Positions 1 through 12,742 of a DNA stretch of 64,000 bases are shown in pieces; positions within the stretch are counted from its first letter, which is position 1, and the number at the start of each line of letters is the position of its first letter. A program made the position numbers and the translations under genes. This stretch comes from Octopus bimaculoides (Eukaryota). A model generated the notes under the pieces. It ran no database searches, had not been told where the DNA came from, and saw nothing but the letters and a program-made list of their open reading frames with translations. Location: positions 17,530,483 through 17,594,482 of the forward strand of contig NC_068991.1 in NCBI RefSeq assembly GCF_001194135.2, in the 5' to 3' direction.

Positions 1-751
1 TATGAATGCTAATAAATCATGTTTATCACTGGTTTAGTGAAACAATGGTAATGCTGACATGCTTTGTCGAAATCATGATCAGTCACTATGATGAGTGCAT
101 CCAGCCATAAAATCTGCCTCAAAGAATTCACTATCTAAATCCATGCTAGCATGGATAAATGGAGATTAAATCAACAAAGATCGCAGTACAGCCCTGTGAT
201 AAAGCCTCTCCATAGTCTTAGTAAGAGACGCGCTCTCCTTGATCAATTAATTATTTATATTAGTAGCTGAAGAGAACTAAAATACAAATAAACTAGAATA
301 AGTGAAATAAAATGATTAATCTAGTAAAACTTTAAATAAAGGTGTGAGCTTAGTGGTTAGGGTACTGACTGCATGATCATAAGATCGTGGGTTTGATTTC
401 TGAATCAGGTAGCATATAATATATTTGTGCAAGACACTTCATTTCATGTTGCTTCAGTCTACTCAATTGAACATGAACACCAGCCAAGCACAGGTGTAGT
501 TCTCTCTCTCTCCTTAAATCTTTCATATCCCCAATGTTCACTTGGGTTAAGGGTAAGAGGGCCAAGTATTACAAACCCGCAAATACTACACAACTGAACA
601 AGATTGCATAATGCATGGTATCAATGTCAGCTTTTGACTACTTAGGCACCTAAAAAAACAATCAGCCAAAGCATGACATATACTATCAAGTGATGGCCAT
701 GCTATTTTTCATGCTCTTTTGTTTCTTGTTTTTTTTTAACAAACACATCAA

Positions 752-1120
752 TGGCACCTGTGCCCAGCATCGCCTTCCTAGCACTTGTGCCAGATGGCAC
801 GTGTAAAGACATTCGAGCAAGATCGTTGCCAGTCCCGCCAAACTGGCTCCTGTGCAGGTGGCACGTAAAATACACCATTTTGAGCGTGGCTGTTGCCAGT
901 ACTGCCTGATTGGCCTTCGTACCAGAGGCACGTAAAAGCACCCACTACACTCTCGGAGTGGTTGGCGTTAGGAAGGGCATCCAGCTGCAGAAACTCTGCC
1001 AAATCAGACTGGAGCCTGGTGCAGCCATCTAGTTTCACCAGTCCTCAGTCAAATCGTCTAACCCATGCTAGCATGGAAAGCGGATGTTAAATGACGATGA
1101 TGATGATGATGATGATGATG
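752..1120 (+). mobile_element. Non-autonomous retroposon with RTE-like 3' end and (GAT)n tail; related copies at about 12110-12295, 17990-18300, 32620-32902
   Basis: Near-identical blocks (ggcacgtaaaagcacccactacactctcggagtggttggcgttaggaagggcatccagctg) recur in the window; ends ggatgttaaatgacgatgatgat. Confidence 0.8.
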
Positions 1121-1239
1121 ATCTATTAATCAGTTTAACACTTAATGTTTTACCCAAATTTTCAGGAAAAAAAAAGAATGTTTCATTTTTATTCTAGCAT
1201 GGGGAAAATGACCAAAAGATAGATCAAAAGAAAAATTAC

Positions 1240-1528
1240 CAGAAGATGCTCTGGGCCGTGGTGCAACATATTTCGAATTTGACGTCAAAGAAAGACGAGA
1301 CAAAGAAGTAGAAAGTGGTTGCATTGTCCTTGAAGAGTCTGAATGCTGAGGTTGAGCAGAGAAAGATGGTTGTTGGATTGCTTTCTCAATAGTGCCAGAC
1401 AAAGAAGCCCGATGCATCATCTTCTTTGCTTGTTCTAACTGCTGTTGTTGTTCCTGCACCATCCGTCGGTCTTCCTCCACTCTCTGTTTTTCCTCTGCTA
1501 TTCTTTGCTTCTCTTTATCCAATTGTTC
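1240..1528 (-). CDS. LMO7: LMO7-like exon p (289 nt), coiled coil then Ser-rich
   Basis: ttacttgcag|GAA...TCT G|gtaatt; phase 0 to 1; donor chosen as the best GT in the ORF. Confidence 0.85.
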
Positions 1529-4508
1529 CTGCAAGTAATTGATAGTTCAGAGAGGTGTAGAACTGAGTGCACCATCTACCTCTTACCCAAGAAAAATACT
1601 ACATGCATGCACATAATAGACAAACTTCCTCACATTACTTCAAATACCATTGCTACACCAACCATGAGCACAATTACTCTCATCAATCACCCACCATCAC
1701 CCTAGATATATATAGGGACGTGCACATTCTCTGTATTGTGCATGTACTTCTAGCTTTCATTGCTGTCTTTCTTTATTTGACTTATATCTCTGCTCTCTGT
1801 CCCACTTTTTAACCTTTTCTGATAAACTGTGGAGGCGCAATGGCCCAGTGGTTAGGGCAGCGAACTCGCGGTCATAGGATCGCGGTTTCGATTCCCAGAC
1901 CAGGCATTGTGAATGTTTATTGAGCGAAAACACCTAAAAGCTCCCCAAGGCTCTGGCAGGGGATGGTGGCGAACACTGCTGTACTCTTTCACCACAACTT
2001 TCTCTCCCTCTTATTTCCTGTTTCTGTTGTGCCTGTAATTCAAAGGGTCAGCCTTGTCACACTGTGTCACGCTGAATATCCCCGAGAACTACGCTAAAAG
2101 TACACATGTCTGTGGAGTGCTCAGCCACTTGCACGTTAATTTCACGAGCAGGCTGTTCCGTTGATTGGATCAACTGGAACCCTCGTCGTCGTAAGCGACG
2201 GAGTGCCAACACACACATAAGCTGTAGTACACCGGAACACTGAATACAGTAAGCTCATTATTTTAATTATTATTATTATTATTATTATTATGAAGACGAA
2301 GAGTGCGATTTGATTGTAAGATATTTTATTAGTTGAACGATAATTCAACAGTACGTCTGTCTTTATCAAGTTCATGGAAAATAGGCATTAATTAATGATG
2401 AAGATGATGACACTGATAGAAGTCCATCAGGTGTGTGTATGTGTATGTGTGTTTTAAATAAAGGGTTAAACACTTATGGTATGTGAATTAGTAGCTCCAG
2501 TTCTATGTAGCTACTTGATTTGTTGAGTATATAAACAGATTAGCTGCTTATTTATCTAGGATTGATCATATGATGCAGACACCTCTGATGAGAGTTCAGT
2601 AAGGCTAGAGAAACAATTAAGGCTCTTCATCATTCTTATCAATCGACAGAGAAATAGTTAAATTCACCAATGTTTATATTCCTAATATGTAGGTTTACAT
2701 ATGTGTGTGTGTGTGTATGCATCAATGTTTGTCAGTTCGTATCTTATCTTGTCATCACATGCGGATGACAAACAAATCCCAAAGTCATATAAACAGTTGT
2801 CTTTCATATGCAATTGTCCACGCAAACATGTCCAGTCGCTGTACTGTTCATTGTTCAAAGAAACAGAGGAAATATTATTTTACTTAGAAACAGGTGAGTG
2901 TTTGTGATAGGAAGAATACCTGGCCATACAAAATTTGCCTCAACAAATACATGTTAAAATGATGATGATGATGATGATGATGATGACGATAGTAGTGTAT
3001 GATTTAGTGGAGATTTGGCTGCAGTTTCTAACTGGTCAAGTGACTACAGAGAGGCATGTAGCGTTACTTTGCCCAGCCGCTTTTTGATAATAATGGTAGT
3101 GAGCATGGACGAAGGTGGGATAATGAAGTAATAGAATATCTTACCTTCTCGTGCTGCAGTAGCATCTCCTTCTCCTGGAGTCGTCTTTTCTCTTCGGCTT
3201 CTTTACGCTGTTGCTGCTCCTGGAGTCGCTTCTTTTTCTCCTCCTCAATCAGTTGCCGCTCCTGTGCGATCATGCGCTGCTCCTCAAACAGGCGTTTCTG
3301 TGCATCCAATGCAGCTTGCTCACGCTCTTCTATCCTCCTCTGCTCCTTTGTGGCTTCATCCTCTTCTTCTTCATCCTCTTCTCCATCTCTGGAAGGGGAA
3401 GTTAGAAGCTGGCTGCTGTTGTTCATCAAACTACTGTAGCTTTTACCTGACAAATGACATCAGAGAAAAAACATTAACATGCTTGTCATATACATATATG
3501 CACACACTATATAATAAAATAGGAAAATGGAAACTTTTGGTAATTTATTCTCTATTACATATGTTTCATTTGCTAATAGGAATCACAAAGATTTACGAGT
3601 TAGATAGACATGTAAAAAATTTCCTATATAAAGAATGTTATAATTATTCTTTATCTGAAAAGTTTCTAATAGGAAATTCTTTACATGTCTTATCTAACAT
3701 GTAAATCATTGTCATTCTTATTAGCAAATGAAACATGTGTAATGGAGAATAAATAACATCAAAAGATTTTCATTTTCCTAACAATCCAACATATATATAT
3801 ATATATATATATAAAGTGTAGTATATTGCCACTTAAGTGTGGCTGACCCCTAGGGGTGGATGTTACTGTTGCTTTTAGCCCCAGGAGGACATCTCCTCCA
3901 GCTGGCTTATCGACACACGACTGTGTCCTGNNNNNNNNNNNNNNNNNNNNNNNNNNNNNNNNNNNNNNNNNNNNNNNNNNNNNNNNNNNNNNNNNNNNNN
4001 NNNNNNNNNNNNNNNNNNNNNNNNNNNNNNNNNNNNNNNNNNNNNNNNNNNNNNNNNNNNNNNNNNNNNNNNNNNNNNNNNNNNNNNNNNNNNNNNNNNN
4101 NNNNNNNNNNNNNNNNNNNNNNNNNNNNNNNNNNNNNNNNNNNNNNNNNNNNNNNNNNNNNNNNNNNNNNNNNNNNNNNNNNNNNNNNNNNNNNNNNNNN
4201 NNNNNNNNNNNNNNNNNNNNNNNNNNNNNNNNNNNNNNNNNNNNNNNNNNNNNNNNNNNNNNNNNNNNNGCTTTTAGCAATAACCCTGAAATCCAGATCC
4301 GTTCGTGCTGCAGATCGTGGTGAGAGGGATAACTTCCCTTGGCAAACAGGACACAGTCGTGTGTCGATAAACCAGCTGGAGGAGATGTCCTCCTGGGGCT
4401 AAAAGCAACAGTAACATCCACCCCTAGGGGTCAGCCACACTTAAGTGGCAATATACTACACTTTATCGTGCAGTTACTGTTAATACTTCATTTAGAGAAT
4501 TAACATTG

Positions 4509-4543
<35 letters not shown>

Positions 4544-7500
4544 GCATATATGGGTGCAGGATGCCACAAACAGTAAACAACATGAAATACAAAAACAAAA
4601 GAGTTGAATACATAAACAACGAAAGAAACGAATAGAAAACAGGACAAGTAACATAAAGAACGACCCTTCATCAGTTGTCAGCTGTCCATCTACTCCTCAT
4701 TTCAAGCATTGAACAGCAATATGAGTCTTCGAAGAGCAGTTGCTCCCGCAAACCAAAATAAAATTTTGCAGAGGATCAAAGTTGGTAACAAAAACAGGAC
4801 AGTGGAGACATACAAGGAAACCAAACGAAAACAAACATGGAGAGTCATTAGACCAGACAAAGATAAAATAGCAAACGCTGAAGAAATATTCTCTTTGACA
4901 AGAGGAAAGATAGAAGAGACAGATGGGATATGTGCAGTCTCTATGATAGCCGTGAAGGAAAAGAAAGATCATTACATAAGGAAAAGAAAGATGGACGATG
5001 GTCACATGTGAGCAACAAGAGAGAGAGAGAGTGTAAAGGAGAGGGAGAGACAGACAGAAAAAAAACGGTGAAAGGGAGATTCAGAAGATGAAACTAGAAA
5101 CTGTAGTAAATAGTATTCTTGAATTTATTTAGCATTCCTCTTTATTTGCTTATACATACATACAGACAGAAAGATGCAGGTATGTCTGTGTAGATATGAA
5201 GCTTTCCTTATAACCATGTGATTACAGGTTCTATTTCACTGCATGGCACTGTGCATCTACTATAGCCTCAGGTTGACCAATTCCTTGTAAATGAAATTGG
5301 CAACTGAAACTATTGAAGAGAGACAGCTACAGAATAATGCAGGCAAAAGCTGAAGTTGAAGAAGAAGTAGTTTAATTCTGTATCAGTCTGTGCAATCACT
5401 GAGGCTTTGCTTCTGGAGAGACAAGGGCATTGAACTAAGAGTAGACAACTCTGTCTTGCTTCTGTTATTCTTTTATACTTAGAAATACATTTCATACCCA
5501 CTAAACTGACATCAAAAACAAATTTTAGACATAAAATGGCTACAAATTAAATCAGTCAAAGCTTGTGTCGACCAGGGTTGACCATGTATAGCCACCTATA
5601 TTCACAAGGTTGGGCAACATTTTCTTTTATATTTTTGTGTGTGGGACTGGTAGTTGCCCATGCATATGCAAGTCTCCTCTCTTCATGCCACCAATGTTGT
5701 CAAAGGGAAAAGTCATTACCTTAAAGATGAGAGAACTCGACACTGGTGTTGCTGTCTGAACACGAAGAATCAAATAATACTACAAGGCATCTTGTAGTAT
5801 CTGCTTTGATTTCTCTAACAATTCTGCAATCCCCATTTGGATTGCTACACTTTTTATCACTCCCAAAAGGATGAAAGATAAAGTTGACCTCAGTGAGATT
5901 TGATCTCCCATCATACAAAGTTGGAAGAAATACCATAAGGTATTCTGTCTAACACACTAATGTTAGACTGCTGTCTTTTTTTAATCAACCATGAACAAAA
6001 CCTTTGAAAGTCCAGACCCTCAGTGGGATTTGGATTCATCTCGCAGAAAGTCAGAACAAATGCCATGAGGTTTTTTTGTCCACCACTCTAATGACTCTTC
6101 CACTTATCTGCTACATAGAAACATTTAAAATACTCATTAATAATGTTTAAAAAAAGAACTTGGAAGCCTAGTATCCATGTTAGAAATTAATAATTAAAAA
6201 CAAATAAGAATAATATATCATAAATTTTCTCCTAAAATTTTCAGCATTACATATAACAAGAAAGAATGAGAAACAGTTCTCACCTTCGTCATCTGAACTT
6301 CTGTCAGCCACTTTCTCTCCATATGTTAGTTCCACATTGAAATTATATTCCGGGAGATTGCTTCTATGAAAGTAAGAAAATGAGTGATTGAGTAAGGGTT
6401 ATTGCTATATGGACTGTTAGATATGTAATTCGTCTGACATTCCGTGTGTCACTGTGGTTCGTCTGAGTTNNNNNNNNNNGGACTGTTAGATATGTAATTC
6501 GTCTGACATTCCGTGTGTCACTGTGGTTCGTCTGAGTTCATTGTTTCATTGTTGTTGTCTTGTGTGACTGTCATAGTAAAATGTCATTGATATATGTATG
6601 GTGGACATGACTTTTGTTTATTCATAATGAACATTGGGTGAGTGCGTTCTTTGTATATAATTGAATAATAAATGTAATAATTAAATTTGTATAACTCTTT
6701 GTGTTATCTCTGCGAGTCTTCCGAAGGAAATACAACAGTTATTAAAAGGATAAATTAGGAATTCGGTGGTTCATGTTTTTTACTAGCATTATCTGTGGTC
6801 AAGACACGGTTTTCTTAACTTTTTGAACCTACAAGTACACTTAATGAGCAGTTTCATTTGACTAATAATCCTAGAAGAAACAAAAGTGGGCAGCTGCACA
6901 GTTTTTGTTTTTTTTTGTTAATGATTGAAAATAACAATGTTTCTGCCAATTCTACAAACCATCAACACAAAACAATGTCGCCACCTGTTTTTGTGTCTTC
7001 TAGGAATGTAGTCAAATGAAACTGCGCCCACCAAAGCTTACTTGCAGGCTCAAAGGAATTAAGAGATGGACACACAAACAACTACATAAATTAAAACAAA
7101 ATGATAAGGGTAGTGCACTTCATGCATTCATTTTTACAACCGTTTTTTCATTGATTACATGGGTTTGGGACAGGGGATGCTTTTGAAGTAGCATTTTATG
7201 GTTGGATACTTTTCCTGTCACCAACCTGTACCTCTTTTTCAAGAAAGGGATTTTTATACCACTAGTCTTCAAAACACCAGAGTAATCAGTCTTGATAACA
7301 ACAGTCACATAAAACATATGATAACACATATGCATACAAACACATACATACACAGACATATACACCATATATTACACACAAACACACATACATATATACA
7401 TTCGCATGGCAGGCTACATGGTCTGCCTTCCAATTCTACCACTCACAAGCCACTGGTTGGTATCAAAGTATCCAGTGTGATGCGCAGTGAGATAGAACTC

Positions 7501-9150
7501 AAAACCATGTAGTTAACAAGTGAACATATCTACATAGGCAAACCATTATATAAAAAAAGAGGGAAAAAAAGGGAACTTTCTGAGTAAAGATTTTCATACA
7601 TAAAGAGTTCTCTTCTCTTCACAATACATAGATATTTTCATCTGCAGAACATTACTGATTAATGATGGGGAGGAGGATGAAATATGTACTAAAACAAACC
7701 AAAATGAAAAACAACAACAAAAAAGACAACAGTGAAGTGCAGGCATGGGTGTAATTAAGCAGTTTGCTTCCCAACCACATGATTTCAGGTTCAGTTCCCC
7801 TGCGTAGCACCTTGGGCAAGTGTTTTCCACTAAAGCTCTGGGCCAAACAAAATCTTGTGAGTGGATCTCGTAGACAGAAACTGAAACAAGTCCATTGTGA
7901 GTGTAAGTGTGTGTGTGTGTCTGTGTGTGTTAAAATGATAATAATGATGATGATAAATCAGAAGAGATCAGAGAAGAGGAAAGGATTGGAGTATGCAGCA
8001 GAATTGGAGATGTAGTCAAATTTATGTCTTACCCTTTGTTATACATTGTTGCTTGTGGCATTTGGTTTTTAGGGTCAATCTGCAAATGTGAAGTCGAAAC
8101 TGGTGTCTGTGGGGGAATCTGGATCTTTAATGGTGCCGAAAAATTATCAGTGTTCTTCTCAGCTTTCTCTATGAGGTTCTCTGTGACTGGTTGGTCTTTG
8201 GCAATAGTTGTTTGCAATCGTACCTAGAGAGATTGTTTGTGTAAATGAGAAAGTTTTCCATGTTATAAACTAAACTTCCCATGAGATATTAACAACATTA
8301 GTATACTTTTAGATGATAGATTTAACCTATCACCCATTTTTTTTTACTCTACCACCTGACCTGGTCTGGAGGAAACTTCTTCCCTTTATCCACTAATCTT
8401 AAAGACTCTTAAAAAGGCCAAAAGTAGCTGGCAAGTGAGCAGAGATGTGAGATCATGAGCACCCTTGAATTTTGTCAAGGACATGACAACCTCTCTGGTG
8501 TTGGCGCCACAATAAAATGTAACCAGTACACTCTGTAAATAGTTTGTGTCATGAAGAGCATCCAGCTATAGAAACCCTGTTAAAAAATATAACATAAGCG
8601 AGGGCAGTAACTTTGAATAAGAACCAACAGACTGTGATGACCCATCTAAGTCATTCCAACATGGAAAGTGGATGTAAAATGATGACAATTTCAATCACTC
8701 TCTCTCATGCATACGCACGCGCATGCACAGACACACATACAGTCAAAATCATCATCCTTTAACATCTGTTTTCCATGCTAGCATGGGTTGGACAGTTTGA
8801 TCAGAGCTGGCAAGGTTGAGAGCTGCACCAGGTTCCAGTCCATTTTGGCTTGGCTTCTATGGTTGGATGCTCTTCCTAATGACAACCACATTACAGAGTG
8901 TGCCAGGTGCTTTTTACATGTAATAGCTCCTGTGCTGGAATTTAAAAGCACTCATGCCACTGGCAAGCCAATCCTCTTCACCAGGTGGAGCAGCATCAAC
9001 ATTTCTGCTGTGGAGGATGGGTATTCTTGAGTACAGATGGGTACAGCAAGGCACCAGATATTTCGATTCTTGTCATCTCTTCAGTAAGGTCAAGTGTTCT
9101 GAGATTGTCCTTCAGTAATTCATCCCATGTCTTCTTGGGTTTTCCTCTCC

Positions 9151-9198
<48 letters not shown>

Positions 9199-9839
9199 TT
9201 AATAACAGTTTGGCTCAGTTCCTTGTAACTTAAAGTCTTGTAGGCTCATAGGGCAAACCTAACTTGTCAGGCGTCTAGAGATAGAGTAACAGGATACAAG
9301 ACAAATTCAAGATAGCTTTCAGATATTAGACCCTATAGATGAACTCAGGGCACATGTTATTGGTTTGGAAACAAAATCAACTATTCTCTTTGTTCTTAGG
9401 TCCATGTTGACAGACAAGATGTAGGTAGGTAGTTCTCACTGCAATGTCTGGAAACTGTGGTATGGTTTATTTAGAGACATCACTTCACTCCATTGGCTGA
9501 TACACACGACAGAGTGGGATGCTGTCATCAGTTAATGTAGAAATAACCACTACAGTGGCAACAGCCTTTCCATAAGTGTAACCTGATTTGATGGTGCTGT
9601 ATTAAAATTTGGTGATGCTACGTTGGATTGTCAGCATGATGAGTTAAGTTCATTCTATGAGCCTAGGGAACTTTAAGTTGCTTAGAGCTGAGACAACTTA
9701 CTAAAATATATGTAATTCCTACCAAATTTTGAGTAGGAACTACATATATTGAAATTATATAAATGTTGAAGAGAGCGTTGGGTACCACTTTCTTTCATTT
9801 GTCCACTTGTGTGTGCGTGTGTGTGTATGAATGAATGTG

Positions 9840-9876
<37 letters not shown>

Positions 9877-12673
9877 AAGCATGTATATTTAATTAATTAT
9901 ATCTTATATATAGCATGGCAGCAAGCTGGCAGAATCGTTAGCACGCCAGATGAAATGCTTGGCGGTATTTTATCTGCCGCTACATTCTGTGTTCAAATTC
10001 TGCTGAAGTCGACTTTGCCTTTCATCCCTTTGGGGTCAATGAAATAAGTACCAGTTACGCACTGGGGCTGATATAATCAACTAGCCCTCTTCTTGCCAAA
10101 ATTTCTAAGGCCTTGTGCCTAGAGTAGAAATAATTAATTATATCTTATAGCATTTTATATTTTCTTCCTGGAAAATTTTTATTACCTTCGCCTTAGCAAA
10201 GGCGGATGTATTGTTTTCAGTCATGTTTGTTTGTCTGTCCAGGGACAAGATATCTCAAGAATCACTGGATGGATTCAGATGAAACTTACAGGGATGTTTG
10301 GCCTCATGATTGGCACAAACTGATTAGATTTTAGGATCAATCTGGTACCTGACAAGGATTCTGGATCATTTTTCCGTTTTTTATAACATAATTTTTGAGA
10401 GCGGTCAGGTTCATTTTTAGTATTCTCGTTTGTGAGAGCAGTCGAGTTTATTTCAGATATTCTCATTTTAAAAATCATCTCTACCTAATCGTTGGGAGGA
10501 CATTGATGTTGCCTTGACGGAGGTTTGTGCTCCCTGAGTGCTCTTGGTTAAGTTGTTTTTACTTTAAATTTTAAATTTTCTTGTATAAACAAGTCCACTG
10601 TATCACTATTTTGAAGTTTTGTGCCCCTATTTTAAAGCAATGAACCTAGTTGTAACTAACAACAATGGACAATAACATTAACAGCAACAACAAAAATTTC
10701 ATACCTGGTTATCTAATTTTGGCAAAAAAGTTGCAGTTCTGCTGGTATTTTCCTTTTTCCTTGCATAGCTACGGATATCTCTCACCTGGAATAACAACTG
10801 GTCACAACTATCTGATCTTTTCCTTGTTTGTATCAAGGGTGGTGTCTCCAAATTGACAGAATGTCGAGGAGGAAAAGTGGAATTCAGAGTCGCTTCTGTC
10901 TTTAGCTCAGTCTCAAAGTTGGTGTCATCACTCTTAGGAGAGATGGACATGTCTGAACTTGATGGCTGTTGGTTTTTCGTTTTCGAATTCTGCCAGCGTC
11001 TTAGGAGAGCAGGAGGTTGGATCGATGTTGATGACGATGATGACAATGGTGATGAAGATAATGAAGAAGCTGCCATAGCAGAATCTGAACTGGCACTTCT
11101 TTGATGGGGTTGGTGGGTTGCTTTTGGAAGGTTTGATGTTTCTGCCTCAGAGATTTCAAGATTAATCAATGGCGGGGACTGGGTGACTGTCGTTTTCATT
11201 ACACTGATCGATTCATTATTATTGTTGTCTAAATCTGAGAACAAAAAGAAACAAAGAACTTTATTATAAGAGATATAGCATACGTCTTGTTAAATAGGCT
11301 TCTTATAAGTGATAGTATTCTTCATGCAGATAACCTTACCATAACAGAGATAGTATATTGTCAAGATCAGTGGTCTTGAAACTTTTTTTGGACTGCCACC
11401 CACTTGATACCCAGGCTACATTTCTAGTGTCCTCTCGCACTCACTGCCACAAAAATAGACTACTTTCTGCAGCACATTCAAAACAACTATATTTCACAAA
11501 TAAACCTTAACCTAATTATCCCATTATTTTGTTGTTTTTACATCCATCAGCCCACTACCTGGCCACCCCTTTATCGTTCCACTTTTCTTCAACACTTCCT
11601 GGATCTTTCCACTGCTGTCCCACCCCCCAGTGGGGAAGAGGGGCAGTATCACCCGCTTTTGGAACCACTGGTCTAGATAAATAACCTTACTCTAAGTGAT
11701 AGTGTAGTGCACACAAATAACCTCACTATATGTCAAGAAAACCATTGCCGCTGCTGTAACTATTGCTACTACATGGTCAATCAACATTCTAGACATAGCA
11801 GTCAAATCTTCCTTGGGTCAAAACCAACCGTTTTAAATAAGGAAAAAATTAGATAATGTAGTCCTTAAGAGATGGGATGGATATTACTAGAATACATTTG
11901 ATCAAAGGTCAGGTTGATCAAGATTGACCATTTATCTGCACTTATAAGCCAGGCCTGGACAAGGTTCTTTTAGAGACGACCTGCAGTTTACACATGTTAA
12001 TCAGTCTTTCTTCTCTCTGCACCACCAGCTTTGTCCAAGGAAAGGTTTTTCCTTGAAAACCAATACAGCTTAGCACCAACTTTTCGCTAGAGAAAAAAGA
12101 GGAGTTTCATGCTGATATTGGCTCCTGTGCAGGTGGCACATAAAATACACCATTTTGAGCATGGCCATTGCCAGTACCGCCTGACTGGCCTTTGTGCCGG
12201 TGGCATGTAAAAGCACCCACTACACTCTCTGAGTGGTTGGCGTTAGGAAGGGCATCCAGCTGTAGAAACTCTGCCAAATCAGATTGGAGCCTGGTAGGGA
12301 AATTATATGCCACAGAGCCTAGGAAACTGGCCTTATGAGTTTATATGATTTGGAAAGGAGCTTTATCCTTTTTATGCACTCATGTACACACACACACACA
12401 CCATTTGTGAGCACGTGCATGCACACACATAAATGAGGAATAGAGATGTAAATTGTTTTTTTTTAATAGTGAAACTCAAAAAACTATAAATAATAGCATG
12501 TAGAGTAATAGGTTAAAAAACCTTTGGATTGCCATGCAGGTTCGCAACCCATGGACAGCTTCTGAATATTTTTCTATTCATAAGGTCATTTAACACAACT
12601 TTTTTACATGCTATTATTTGTAGCTTTGTGTACTTTGAGTATCACTGTTAAAAAAATAATTGACTTCACAATG

Positions 12674-12742
<69 letters not shown>

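Noticed and set aside
1828-1910. tRNA gene
   Set aside because: The A and B boxes belong to a SINE head with body, tail and a second copy carrying a TSD; no complete cloverleaf is evident
4697-5011. 100-aa ORFs on both strands
   Set aside because: Purine-skewed repeat-like sequence with no splice or homology support
6411-6538. 60-bp direct repeat
   Set aside because: Identical copies flank a 10-N gap, typical of an unmerged contig overlap
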